IMG/VR virus record: IMGVR_UViG_3300023108_000024
Span: 1-62,860 of that record
Reading direction: 5' to 3' (one strand)
DNA: 62,860 nucleotides
From: a virus
Taxonomy: Duplodnaviria > Caudoviricetes
The number at the start of each line of letters is the position of its first letter. Position 1 is the first letter of the stretch. Both the position numbers and the translations under genes were made by a program. The notes beneath the pieces are model-generated. The model saw only the letters and a list, made by a program, of their open reading frames with translations, was not told where the DNA came from and made no database searches. Shown one piece after another: positions 8,328 to 17,328 of the stretch.

Positions 8328-9493
8328 TGAAAAAACTTGCAATTGTCGGTAAAGGCACCATTGGCTGCCTTGCCATTAATTATTTTTTACAACGTACTGA
8401 TTGGCATATTGATTGGATATTTGATAGTAGTATTCCTACTACATCAGTTGGCGAAGGAACTACATTAGCAGTTGCAAAACTTTTACAAACATTTGATTGG
8501 ACCAATAATGCTATGTCGGAATTTAATGCGGTTCCTAAATTAGGCATTTATAAAAAAAATTGGACTGAGGAAACGTTTTCACACTCTTTTCCTTTTGGTG
8601 AATTTGGTATCCACATGTCCGCAGTTGATCTCCAAAATAAGATATATGATTTTGTAAAAACCTCACCACGCATTAATATTATTAACATGTATGTAGAGAA
8701 TCCAAATGATCTTGACGCTGATCATGTAATGATTTGTTCTGGCTCTCCTAAAGATTATAGTGATTATACACCACTTGATCATGTATCGGTTGACAGTTGT
8801 TTTGTGACACAGTGTTATTGGGATCGCCCAGAATTTATGGAAACATTAACTATAGCCCGGCCCTATGGTTGGGTGTTTGGCATCCCCATACAGAATAGAT
8901 GTTCTATTGGTTATCTTTATAATTCTAATTATACTTCTCTGTCAAATATAAAGAAGGATGTACAAAGTGTATTTGAAGATTTTGGTTTGACACCAAGTGA
9001 TACTACAAATCATATACAATTTAAAAGTTATTATAAAAATAATAATTTTTCAAATAAAGTTGTATATAACGGCAATGCATCATTTTTTGTAGAACCATTA
9101 GAAGCAACAACGTCAGCTTCAGCCATTAAGATAATGAATACAGCATTAAATTTATGGCACGGTGTGTTTCCATCCGAGTTTGCACAGAACCTATATGAAA
9201 ATGAAATTAATGCCGTTGAGTCAATCATATGCATGCATTATATGTCAGGCTCTACATTTAAAAACGATTTCTGGAATGACGCAAAAAAACGTTCCACACA
9301 AAAATTACAAAAAGATTTTAAAGAAGGATCTGAGTTTAGTAACATAGTCAAATTGGTTACCAAAGAAAATATAGATCATATGGAGATGATGAACATTGAA
9401 CTTGGTACATGGGAAGCCCAAAGTTATAAATTTAACATTGAAAGACTTGGTATCAAAGACACTTTAATTGAAATGGCTAAAAATAATTCGTGA
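8327..9493 (+). CDS. Flavin-dependent tryptophan-halogenase-like protein
   Basis: GxGxxG (IVGKGTIG), VGEGT, GWVFGIP (WxWxIP-like), GNASFFVEPLEAT. Confidence 0.8.
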   Translation: MKKLAIVGKGTIGCLAINYFLQRTDWHIDWIFDSSIPTTSVGEGTTLAVAKLLQTFDWTNNAMSEFNAVPKLGIYKKNWTEETFSHSFPFGEFGIHMSAVDLQNKIYDFVKTSPRINIINMYVENPNDLDADHVMICSGSPKDYSDYTPLDHVSVDSCFVTQCYWDRPEFMETLTIARPYGWVFGIPIQNRCSIGYLYNSNYTSLSNIKKDVQSVFEDFGLTPSDTTNHIQFKSYYKNNNFSNKVVYNGNASFFVEPLEATTSASAIKIMNTALNLWHGVFPSEFAQNLYENEINAVESIICMHYMSGSTFKNDFWNDAKKRSTQKLQKDFKEGSEFSNIVKLVTKENIDHMEMMNIELGTWEAQSYKFNIERLGIKDTLIEMAKNNS

Positions 9494-9518
9494 CATTTGT
9501 TTCGTTTGATGTTATAAT
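9490..9518 (+). promoter_or_regulatory. Sigma70-type promoter
   Basis: GTGACA-17nt-TATAAT, then a GGAGG RBS. Confidence 0.65.
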
Positions 9519-9541
9519 AAATTATATGTTGGAGGATACAA

Positions 9542-10078
9542 ATGGTCAAACCTTTAAAGAAGAAAAGAGTTCTCACACCAAAGCAAAAAGAAGAGTTGAC
9601 ACTTCGTTTGGAAAAAGCACGGGCAGCTAAGGGCCCCGCTAAGAATGTCAGCGTACATGAATCCATTAGAGATCTGACTGATGATCATCCATTATCACCT
9701 AAGAAGGTTCGTAAATGGATTAAGGATCAGCAATTGAAACTTCGGGCCATGAAGGCGTTGAAGAATTCTAATGACCGTAAGGAAAAAGCTGCATATCATG
9801 TTGAAGAAGGTTATCTACATAATATGCAGGCCTATATTAGAACTGGTATCTGGCTTGATAATAGAGCAGGCGCTGATAGAGAACAAAAAGTAAAATTACG
9901 TTGTACACATTTAGCTTATGATAAGAATGGCAATGTAAAAAGAACATTAGGCGTCTACTATCCTGATTTAGGAGGTGAGTGGACTTTAGAAATGGAATTA
10001 GGAAATAATGCAGGAAGAAAGATTTCTAACAAAGGCAAGGTTCACAAAGCTCGTAGAAAGAATCGTAAAAGAGCATAA
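9542..10078 (+). CDS. Conserved basic hypothetical protein upstream of gp33
   Basis: GGAGG RBS; RLEKARAAK...HPLSPKKVRKWIK. Confidence 0.7.
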   Translation: MVKPLKKKRVLTPKQKEELTLRLEKARAAKGPAKNVSVHESIRDLTDDHPLSPKKVRKWIKDQQLKLRAMKALKNSNDRKEKAAYHVEEGYLHNMQAYIRTGIWLDNRAGADREQKVKLRCTHLAYDKNGNVKRTLGVYYPDLGGEWTLEMELGNNAGRKISNKGKVHKARRKNRKRA

Positions 10079-10238
10079 GTCATCTTACATGGATGCAATC
10101 ATACATGTTTGTGATGATGTTGATTTAGATCTAGAGGATGTTAGAAAATACATAGCCCCAGCCATAAAAGACAAACTTGAAGCTGAGGCTATGAATTTAA
10201 ATTTTTTACCAAAAGGCAACACTTTGCCGATTGACTAA
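10008..10238 (+). CDS. 33: Late-transcription coactivator gp33
   Basis: SYMDAI...IKDKLEAEAMNLNFL; located immediately upstream of gene 32. Confidence 0.85.
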   Translation: MQEERFLTKARFTKLVERIVKEHKSSYMDAIIHVCDDVDLDLEDVRKYIAPAIKDKLEAEAMNLNFLPKGNTLPID

Positions 10239-10259
10239 TACTATATAATTCTTTATAAT
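10231..10259 (+). promoter_or_regulatory. Sigma70-type promoter for gene 32
   Basis: TTGACT-17nt-TATAAT. Confidence 0.7.
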
Positions 10260-10315
10260 GATATAGTGGACAATAAAATACACAAAGATATACAATTAAT
10301 ATACGGAGAATACAT

Positions 10316-11245
10316 ATGAGTTTTGCAGCACTAAAACGTAACCGCACAGACCTTTCGGCTTTAGTAGAAGCAGCAGGTAATGCAGGTCCAGAAGAACAGA
10401 AGAAGCATAATGTTACTGATGATCGTTTCTGGCAACCAACTCGAGATAAGGCTGGTAATGGTTATGCTGTAATTCGTTTCCTTCCTGGAGACGCAGAAGC
10501 ACCTACTCCTTGGGTGCGTTACTGGGACCATTTCTTTAAGGGCCCAACAGGTCAATGGTATGTAGAGAAATCTCTTACATCTATTGGTCAAGCCGATCCA
10601 TTAGCAGAGATGAACTCTAAGCTTTGGAACCAAGATGGTTCAGAAGAAGCAAAGCGGACAGTTCGTGAACGTAAACGTAACCTACGTTATGTTGCTAATG
10701 TGTTGATTATCTCAGATCCATCTGCACCAGAGAATGAGGGTAAAGTAATGCTCTATCGCTTTGGTAAAAAGATCTTTGATAAGATTATGGATACAATGCA
10801 ACCTCAGTTCCCTGACGAGAAACCTATCAATCCATTTGATATGTGGGAAGGGGCTGACTTTACATTGAAGATTCGTAAGGTAGAAGGTTATCCGAATTAT
10901 GATACATCCGCCTTTAAGTCTGCATCAGCCATTCCTGGTAGTGATGAAGAACTAGAAGCAATCTATAATCAACAACATGATCTATCAGAGTGGACAGATC
11001 CTAAGAACTATAAGACATATGATGAATTGCAATCTCGTCTGGCTGTGGTATTAGGTGAGTCTTCTACTCCAATGACAGCAAAGGTCATGGAGAGCCTAGA
11101 CGATATTGATTCTATTCCGGGCTTTGATTCTCGTCCAGCTCCTACAGCAGCTACAGCACCCGAACCAACTATTCGTACGGCTGAGTCTTCTATGGAAGAG
11201 GATGATACAATGAGTTATTTCGCTAAGCTGGCAGCGGAAGACTAA
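10316..11245 (+). CDS. 32: Single-stranded DNA-binding protein gp32
   Basis: DDRFW...DKAGNGYAVIRFLP, FGKKIFDKI, GADFTLKIRKVEGYPNYD and an acidic tail ending SYFAKLAAED. Confidence 0.97.
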   Translation: MSFAALKRNRTDLSALVEAAGNAGPEEQKKHNVTDDRFWQPTRDKAGNGYAVIRFLPGDAEAPTPWVRYWDHFFKGPTGQWYVEKSLTSIGQADPLAEMNSKLWNQDGSEEAKRTVRERKRNLRYVANVLIISDPSAPENEGKVMLYRFGKKIFDKIMDTMQPQFPDEKPINPFDMWEGADFTLKIRKVEGYPNYDTSAFKSASAIPGSDEELEAIYNQQHDLSEWTDPKNYKTYDELQSRLAVVLGESSTPMTAKVMESLDDIDSIPGFDSRPAPTAATAPEPTIRTAESSMEEDDTMSYFAKLAAED

Positions 11246-11249
11246 GAAA

Positions 11250-11513
11250 ATGGATATACAAGGGGCTTCAAAGAATATGCCGTTTAATACGATCTATCCA
11301 AACTCGGAGAATATTCCGCCCCCTGTATATCCTACCAAAGAAGCCAAAAGAGTTGTTGAGCCGTCTACTCGTGCTTCGATTAATATGGATGTTTTGAAAA
11401 AGTATTATGAAGCAAAAGACAGAATGACGGAAACTATTAATGATGAAAGATTACAGAAATACCTTAATGCTGCGGAATATCGCCCAGGGGATGTTGTAGA
11501 TATTGAGGTATAG
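11250..11513 (+). CDS. Hypothetical protein
   Basis: Co-oriented ORF after gene 32. Confidence 0.6.
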   Translation: MDIQGASKNMPFNTIYPNSENIPPPVYPTKEAKRVVEPSTRASINMDVLKKYYEAKDRMTETINDERLQKYLNAAEYRPGDVVDIEV

Positions 11514-11610
11514 AAACCCATCCCTGCAGTCTGCAGCTCAGGAATGGTCGGTGAGTCGCTGGTACCGATTGGAAAGCTAGCCGGGTGCTGTACTGCGAAA
11601 CGAACAGATA
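11514..11610. ncRNA. Candidate structured RNA, family unassigned
   Basis: GC-rich intergenic segment with consecutive stems: CCATCCCTG/CAGGAATGG, TCGGT/ACCGA and CTGT/ACAG. Confidence 0.4.
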
Positions 11611-11611
11611 G

Positions 11612-11642
11612 AAAGGGCGTCACCTAGGAAGGGCGCCCTTTT
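11612..11642. terminator. Probable bidirectional intrinsic terminator
   Basis: AAAGGGCG(TC)...(GG)CGCCCTTTT hairpin between convergent genes. Confidence 0.7.
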
Positions 11643-11645
11643 GAT

Positions 11646-13469
11646 TTAATTATTAACTGTAAGATCGTTTGTTACGGTCGTAACGTTTTGAGGTGGAAGT
11701 GGGGGTATATCACTGCCTCCACCTGATGCAGAACCATTTACAGTATTGGTATCTCCACCATTAAAGATATAGGTATCACCGGATTGAGTAATTGTTCCAC
11801 CTTCTATGAGTCTTGAAACAATATCATTTACGGCTCCGCGTTCTGCATAGGCTTGAGTACCTATTCTGGTTTTTCCACTACCACTACCTCTAAAGAATCT
11901 ACTGCGAATACCGAAGAGGCCGCGGCCTGCCATTTTTTCTAGTCTTCTGGCACTTAGATTTTCAATAGGTAAGAATCCATCATTTGGATCTTCATTTGCC
12001 ACAACATTATAATCCATTATTTGTTTATAGCTATCCCATGTAGTATAATCATCAGGATCAAATCCAGGAGCCTTTTCTGGGAATCTAAAGAAATGTTTTT
12101 CTTGAGCCCATGTCTTTAATTCTTCTGTGGACATTTTCATTAGTAATTCACAATAGACACCCCATTCGCCTTGAGGCATACCTTGGCCACCAGTGGTTTT
12201 TATCCAATCCTTCATACCTTTTTGAATTGCTAATAATACTGCTATAGCACCTTTACCTCTATCAGCAGCAACTTTTTCCATATCAAAAGCAGCTTGAATC
12301 ATAGGTGCATCAATAGAACCATCAGCTAAAGAGCTTGGAGCTATCATCATTTGTAGTGCGGCACCAGGCACTGACCCTGCAATTTTAAATGCAGCTGATA
12401 TTGTCTTGCCAGGTATTGATACCCCACTCACAAGAGTTCTACCAATCATATTGTTGAGAGGGTTGTATTTTCCCTTTGTGATCGTTTGGGCTTTAGCTAA
12501 TACATTTGCGGCTGTTTCTGCTGCAGCTTCAACTGGATTAAGAGCAGCCACAAAAGCTGTTGCCCCTACTCTGTTCCTTATCATCATACCATAATTTTTA
12601 TATCTATTTCCTCTACCTCTTTCATCATTCATAGCGGTGAATCTACGGTTTGGATCAATAGACTTGGTAGGATCTGCTACTAGTGGCTTAGCGGTAGTTG
12701 TATCTATTTTAACCGCGGATTTAGATGTGTCGGGAGAGGCTAACGCCTGTGCTTCTTTTCTAACAACCATTGCATCGGCACCACCTGTAAGTCTAGTAAC
12801 TTTACCATTCTTTACACTGTAATTTTTTCCAGTAGCATCCCTAAAGGTATTTGTACCAACATTTTTTTGGAGATCTAATTTTTTCCCCTGATAATCAACT
12901 GTTACTTTTGGAATTGGTTTTGGTAAAGTTGGTGTTACTTTTGTAACCGGCGATGGTGGTTTAAGTGTAGGTGTAACCTTTGATACCTTAGGTGTTGTGT
13001 AAGGAACCTTGGTATTTTTTTTAATCTCTGAATTCTGAGATTGAATATCATTTAATCTTTGATTAATTTTGGCAATACTTAAGGTAATGTTTTGATCTAA
13101 TGGATTCAATACAGTTTCTACAGCTTCTTTGACCTCTGTCTTTTGTCTTGAATCCAATTTATCTACAAAAGCTTTTATTGCTGCAGCACCTGCTGCTAGG
13201 CCCAAAGCACCTTGAGCCAAAGCACCCATTGAGGGTCTGCTGGTTTCACCCGAAGATTTGTCTACTCTAGAACTTGCCTTCTGCGCCTGAAGTTTTTTAT
13301 TCTGAGCCTCTAGTTGATCAAACTTATTTCTGTCTTGACTTTTTAAAAAGGCCGTAAAGTTTTTATTGAGTCCCTCAACACCATCACCGACACGATTAAT
13401 GCCCTCAAGAGTATCGGCATTAAGTTTCTTTTGCTCTTCGAGCTTCTGGGCTAGGTTTGTTAAACTCAT
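11646..13469 (-). CDS. Tail tape-measure/baseplate hub candidate (gp29-like)
   Basis: 607 aa, Ala/Gly/Lys-rich and helical, low-complexity Thr/Asn C-terminus, located downstream of gp26/gp51-like genes. Positional inference. Confidence 0.5.
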   Translation of the reverse strand: MSLTNLAQKLEEQKKLNADTLEGINRVGDGVEGLNKNFTAFLKSQDRNKFDQLEAQNKKLQAQKASSRVDKSSGETSRPSMGALAQGALGLAAGAAAIKAFVDKLDSRQKTEVKEAVETVLNPLDQNITLSIAKINQRLNDIQSQNSEIKKNTKVPYTTPKVSKVTPTLKPPSPVTKVTPTLPKPIPKVTVDYQGKKLDLQKNVGTNTFRDATGKNYSVKNGKVTRLTGGADAMVVRKEAQALASPDTSKSAVKIDTTTAKPLVADPTKSIDPNRRFTAMNDERGRGNRYKNYGMMIRNRVGATAFVAALNPVEAAAETAANVLAKAQTITKGKYNPLNNMIGRTLVSGVSIPGKTISAAFKIAGSVPGAALQMMIAPSSLADGSIDAPMIQAAFDMEKVAADRGKGAIAVLLAIQKGMKDWIKTTGGQGMPQGEWGVYCELLMKMSTEELKTWAQEKHFFRFPEKAPGFDPDDYTTWDSYKQIMDYNVVANEDPNDGFLPIENLSARRLEKMAGRGLFGIRSRFFRGSGSGKTRIGTQAYAERGAVNDIVSRLIEGGTITQSGDTYIFNGGDTNTVNGSASGGGSDIPPLPPQNVTTVTNDLTVNN

Positions 13470-13658
13470 TTAAATACCCTGCGCAACCTTTCTTTCTTCG
13501 GCTATTCTTTTCATTTGCTCGATCAATAGATTTACATAAATTTCTCTCTCCCATGGCATCATCGATTCTATGTCGCTGAGTGAATAGTTATGGTTCTCCA
13601 TTAATTGAAAATTCACTTGATAAAAATTCACTAGTGTGTCATGTGAGAGAGCTATTAA
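13470..13658 (-). CDS. 51: gp51-like baseplate hub assembly/tail chaperone segment, probably expressed by -1 frameshift from the upstream gene (not in the ORF track)
   Basis: 62 open codons LIALSHDTLVNFYQVNFQLMENHNYSLSDIESMMPWEREIYVNLL...; YSLxxIExMMPWERxIY is the gp51-like motif. Confidence 0.75.
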   Translation of the reverse strand, partial: LIALSHDTLVNFYQVNFQLMENHNYSLSDIESMMPWEREIYVNLLIEQMKRIAEERKVAQGI

Positions 13659-14365
13659 AAAAAATCCTGTAATCCCTGTAATGTATATTTATTCTCTTTT
13701 TTACATTTTTCACAAGTAAATTCTGCATCATGTTTCAATGATGGTAGATTGTTTACATATTCCAAAATCTTTTGATAGTGATCAGTAGAAAGACTATCCA
13801 TAAATTGTTTAATTTCTTCTTCCGGTTCATCTTTAAATAAGAATGTATCATCTTCTGTATGAAGTGTTTGTAGGCACATCAAAGATAAGTTATAAAGAAT
13901 CTCAGTATAGCTTTCACCTTCTAGGATCTTTTCTTTTTGAATTGCATCCTTATATTTTGGAAATCCCATTACCAATTCAATATCATCATTTAATTTGATT
14001 TTTGGATTTGGAAATTCTTTTGATTCAATCTTAATAGTAGATACATCAATATCAACTGAGTTGGGATGCTCACATTCACATCTCAGCAAGATAGTACTTG
14101 TCTCACCAACTGACTTTGATCTAATCTGTAAGAACATATATTCAACGTCAAATGTCGATAGATTATTAATGTCTATATCTTCTTCGATACATTGTTTTAC
14201 TATATCAAGAATAGCCTGAGCTGCCATTAGACTATCATCAGATTCAAATGCCATAAGCAATACTTTTTCTTCACCTACATTGTAGGGTCTAAAATGAATC
14301 TTTTGTTGGAGAGAAGGTAATACTGTATTAAATTTAGGATAATTGTTTAGTTTGGGTAGAGCCAT
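13655..14365 (-). CDS. 26: gp26-like baseplate hub assembly protein
   Basis: MALPKL...FRPYNVGEEKVLLMA, FDVEYMFLQIRSKSVGE, CxC and CxxC, ending LQGLQDFF. Confidence 0.85.
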   Translation of the reverse strand: MALPKLNNYPKFNTVLPSLQQKIHFRPYNVGEEKVLLMAFESDDSLMAAQAILDIVKQCIEEDIDINNLSTFDVEYMFLQIRSKSVGETSTILLRCECEHPNSVDIDVSTIKIESKEFPNPKIKLNDDIELVMGFPKYKDAIQKEKILEGESYTEILYNLSLMCLQTLHTEDDTFLFKDEPEEEIKQFMDSLSTDHYQKILEYVNNLPSLKHDAEFTCEKCKKENKYTLQGLQDFF

Positions 14366-14381
14366 TTCAAAGCCTCATTAA

Positions 14382-15092
14382 TTAAAAAATATTATTTACA
14401 AACCCTATAATGTTAGATCTAATTGTACTAGTCAAAGCATCTTTAAGATTTGATGGAGATACGATAAATGGAGCTTTCCAGTCAGTAAAACTTAATTGAA
14501 TATTTAATTCAACTATACCATCCATCTCATTGTTTAATTGTATTGCATTCATAGTTGTTGGGAATGCATCAATAAGTTTACATTTATAGATCACAAGATC
14601 GTTTAGTTGATCATTAAGACCCAAAATAGTTTCGCCAAGTTCAAAGTCAGAAATTTTAGGAAGAACATTTCCTATACCACTTGAGAATTCCTGTCTATAT
14701 CTTTGAGGTAGGCTCTTGACTTTTTTAAACTGTTCTATTTCAACATCTCTAGAATAGTCTTTTTTGTAACCTACTTCATATGTATTTGTGTTTGTTGCAA
14801 GGTTTTGCCATGTTTCAAAATATTCCCTTACACCATAATCATTAAGAACATGGAATGTCATAGACACATCTTGAATTAAAAATCCATTGGCAACACGCTC
14901 TTGTATTAAACCATAATTAAAAGTATTGGTAGTAATCTGCCTACCAGGTAATTGAACATCCCTACAAAGTATATTCATTTCCTCAGATCTAGCCCCAGGA
15001 AGGCTTGGAAGCTTTACGCGCCATAGGTTATTACGGGCAAGGCCACCTTTAGCACTTACTAAACTTTTAAACTGATCAACTGTACCAGCCAT
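14382..15092 (-). CDS. 54: Tail tube-like/tube initiator protein (gp54/gp19 family)
   Basis: GGLARNNLWRV, LCRDVQLPGR, YFETWQ, LIDAFPTTM...LSFTDW. Confidence 0.7.
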   Translation of the reverse strand: MAGTVDQFKSLVSAKGGLARNNLWRVKLPSLPGARSEEMNILCRDVQLPGRQITTNTFNYGLIQERVANGFLIQDVSMTFHVLNDYGVREYFETWQNLATNTNTYEVGYKKDYSRDVEIEQFKKVKSLPQRYRQEFSSGIGNVLPKISDFELGETILGLNDQLNDLVIYKCKLIDAFPTTMNAIQLNNEMDGIVELNIQLSFTDWKAPFIVSPSNLKDALTSTIRSNIIGFVNNIF

Positions 15093-15676
15093 TAGATTTT
15101 CCTTCTTGAATCAGAATATACTTTGTTCTTACCAGCCTTTTGGAAATCAGCGGTAGGAAGAAATGTAGCAATCTCCCACTCAGGAGCTTCTACTCTGGCA
15201 AATCTACTTCTGACATGTTCATTTAAATAATGCTTTACACATGGTTTAAAGTGTTTATATTTACCGGCTCTCTTTAGTAGATTATATGAAACATTAAATT
15301 TAGTTGTCTCATCATATCTTTTGTTATTCGTAATATCTAACAGACTATCCAAGAACTTGGCTCTTAGTATTGGTGGTAGATAATGAAGATTGAGACCCAA
15401 GAATCCCTTTTCTGCGGGACCAATAACAATCACTAAAGGAAAGCTATCATAGTAGGGCAGAGTTGATTTTAATTTTGGGTCATAGAAAAACATATACATT
15501 GAACCAACGATTTGTCTATTCGACAATTGTATTGGTTCTTCTTTCATAAGAGCGTTTCTATTTACACTTCTCATAGCCGAAGCCTTACGACGAAACCATT
15601 CACGAGACTCCTGAGTTCGTGGTGTAATCCCGTTGCGGAAAGCTTCCATTTCTAATTTGTAAAATAAATTTGACAT
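15092..15676 (-). CDS. 2: DNA end protector protein gp2
   Basis: MYMFFYDPKLKSTLPYYDSFPLV, GLNLHYLPP, VKHYL. Confidence 0.93.
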   Translation of the reverse strand: MSNLFYKLEMEAFRNGITPRTQESREWFRRKASAMRSVNRNALMKEEPIQLSNRQIVGSMYMFFYDPKLKSTLPYYDSFPLVIVIGPAEKGFLGLNLHYLPPILRAKFLDSLLDITNNKRYDETTKFNVSYNLLKRAGKYKHFKPCVKHYLNEHVRSRFARVEAPEWEIATFLPTADFQKAGKNKVYSDSRRKI

Positions 15677-15684
15677 ACCATTAT

Positions 15685-16176
15685 TTATCTACGTTTTTTC
15701 ACTTTTAGGGGTTTTAAAGGTTTAAGAGTTCTTTTTGGTTTGGGCAGAATACCCATTGAAGATAATTCTTTCTCTGTCCAAACCTGAAATCCCCAACCTC
15801 TATCAGCTGCATAGTTTTGAGCTGCAGCCCATTTATTCATATTCTTTATGTATGTCATTCCTTCAGAGATATACTTTTTTGTCTTGCGACCCTTGAACTC
15901 TGGTGGGGATGTTTCTTTCTCTGGTTTGATCTCAACTAAAAAAGTCTTGCCATCACTGTAGGTAATTTTGAGATCCATGAAGTAACGATGATACTTTTTG
16001 TCGACTTCATAGAAGTAGGGTATAACAACCTCTTCTGATGACCAAGAACGTATTGACGAATTTTCATCACACCACTTAAAAGCATTTCTCTCCCATAAAG
16101 ATCTAAATATTACATTATCTGGATCACCTTTATACTTGGTTCTGTTCTTTACCTTATATCTTCCAGAATATGCCAT
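15685..16176 (-). CDS. 4: Head completion nuclease gp4 (TnsA-like)
   Basis: AYSGRY...KYKGDP...RSLWE, WSSEEVVIPY, HRYFMD, LVEIKP, KWAAA. Confidence 0.93.
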   Translation of the reverse strand: MAYSGRYKVKNRTKYKGDPDNVIFRSLWERNAFKWCDENSSIRSWSSEEVVIPYFYEVDKKYHRYFMDLKITYSDGKTFLVEIKPEKETSPPEFKGRKTKKYISEGMTYIKNMNKWAAAQNYAADRGWGFQVWTEKELSSMGILPKPKRTLKPLKPLKVKKRR

Positions 16177-16184
16177 AATTACCT

Positions 16185-16192
16185 TATAAATA
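16185..16192 (+). promoter_or_regulatory. T4-type late promoter (gp55/gp33)
   Basis: TATAAATA in the divergent intergenic region upstream of gene 48. Confidence 0.8.
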
Positions 16193-16229
16193 CTTTAAAG
16201 TTTTTTAATATTTATTAGGATAAAAACCG

Positions 16230-17315
16230 TTGCGTATCAAAATCACAGAAGGCAATTTGTCATATAACTTTCCAATAGAAAATAATAGTGACTATAAGGC
16301 CAAAGTTCAGTTTAGAGCTACCCAAGAAAGCTATGCAGGATTGTGGGATGCTGGTGTTTCAGTATTTGGCAGCCAGGTGCAAGCGAATATTCCAAATGAA
16401 AGCTTTATCCCAAATAAAGATCTAGCTAAGAAAGCACAACAATCTATTGATGTGCAAAAACATAAAGGTATAAGTTACTCCCAAAAGTTAAGAAACAACA
16501 AAACAATTAAAGGCTCCGTTGAATTATTTTTACCACAATCTATACAAATTGCAGATAAAATTGATTATACTCAGCCTGAATTAGGTATGCTTGGTGGAGC
16601 AGCCTTTATGGGAGCCAGAGCAGCTGCTATGGGTGCTTACGTTGGTGTAGGCACTATGATGGATGCCGGGTCTAAAATGGTTGGGCAGACACTTGGAGCT
16701 TTGTTTAATGGCAATCTTGGTAATACAGCCACTTCACTTGCTGTACAAAGAGCAGCCCAAAAAGCTAGTATGCCAGAGGTTTCAGGTGCGGTTGCATCAG
16801 CAACAGGCATTGCCGTAAATCCAAATAAAAGAAATATTTTAAATGGCATTGCTCTAAGATCATTTAGATTTACATTTAAGTTGATACCCCGCACCGCTGA
16901 AGAGTCTCAAAGGATAAAGGACATAATTTATTTCTTTCGAAAAAATATGTATCCATCTCTAACTGATGATTCTAAAATATTTGATGGTGAAGATGAAGGC
17001 ATTGGTGCTACATCAGCTGGAAATGAAATTTTAAACTTTGAGGGTATGTCTGCTGGTTTAGAATACCCATGCAAGTGGGAAATTGAAATGTATTATCTTG
17101 GTGAAGATGTATATGGAGAAACCTGGACTAAGATAGGAACAGAAATTCTGCCATGTTTCTTAGAATCATTTGAAGCTGTTTATAACCCAAACACTATGGC
17201 ATTTCATACAGATGGATCTCCTCAGGAAGTAGATATCTCTTTAACCTTTGTTGAAGAACGTGCCATGAATGCTACTGATATTAAAAAGCCCGCTCCATTA
17301 GAATCTACCTTTTAG
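16230..17315 (+). CDS. 48: Baseplate tail-tube cap gp48
   Basis: LFLPQSIQ.D...Y, NPN...LRSFRFTFKLIPRTAEES..IKDIIYFFR, LTFVE. TTG start with an AGGA RBS. Confidence 0.85.
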   Translation: MRIKITEGNLSYNFPIENNSDYKAKVQFRATQESYAGLWDAGVSVFGSQVQANIPNESFIPNKDLAKKAQQSIDVQKHKGISYSQKLRNNKTIKGSVELFLPQSIQIADKIDYTQPELGMLGGAAFMGARAAAMGAYVGVGTMMDAGSKMVGQTLGALFNGNLGNTATSLAVQRAAQKASMPEVSGAVASATGIAVNPNKRNILNGIALRSFRFTFKLIPRTAEESQRIKDIIYFFRKNMYPSLTDDSKIFDGEDEGIGATSAGNEILNFEGMSAGLEYPCKWEIEMYYLGEDVYGETWTKIGTEILPCFLESFEAVYNPNTMAFHTDGSPQEVDISLTFVEERAMNATDIKKPAPLESTF

Positions 17316-17328
17316 AAAGTTTTAAACT

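Noticed and set aside
11405-11623. 72-aa minus-strand ORF spanning the GC-rich intergenic element
   Set aside because: It has no RBS, starts inside the terminator hairpin and overlaps the plus-strand gene antisense.
15685-16176. TnsA-like nuclease as a sign of a transposon or homing element
   Set aside because: Sequence and position next to gene 2 identify it as the core head completion protein gp4.
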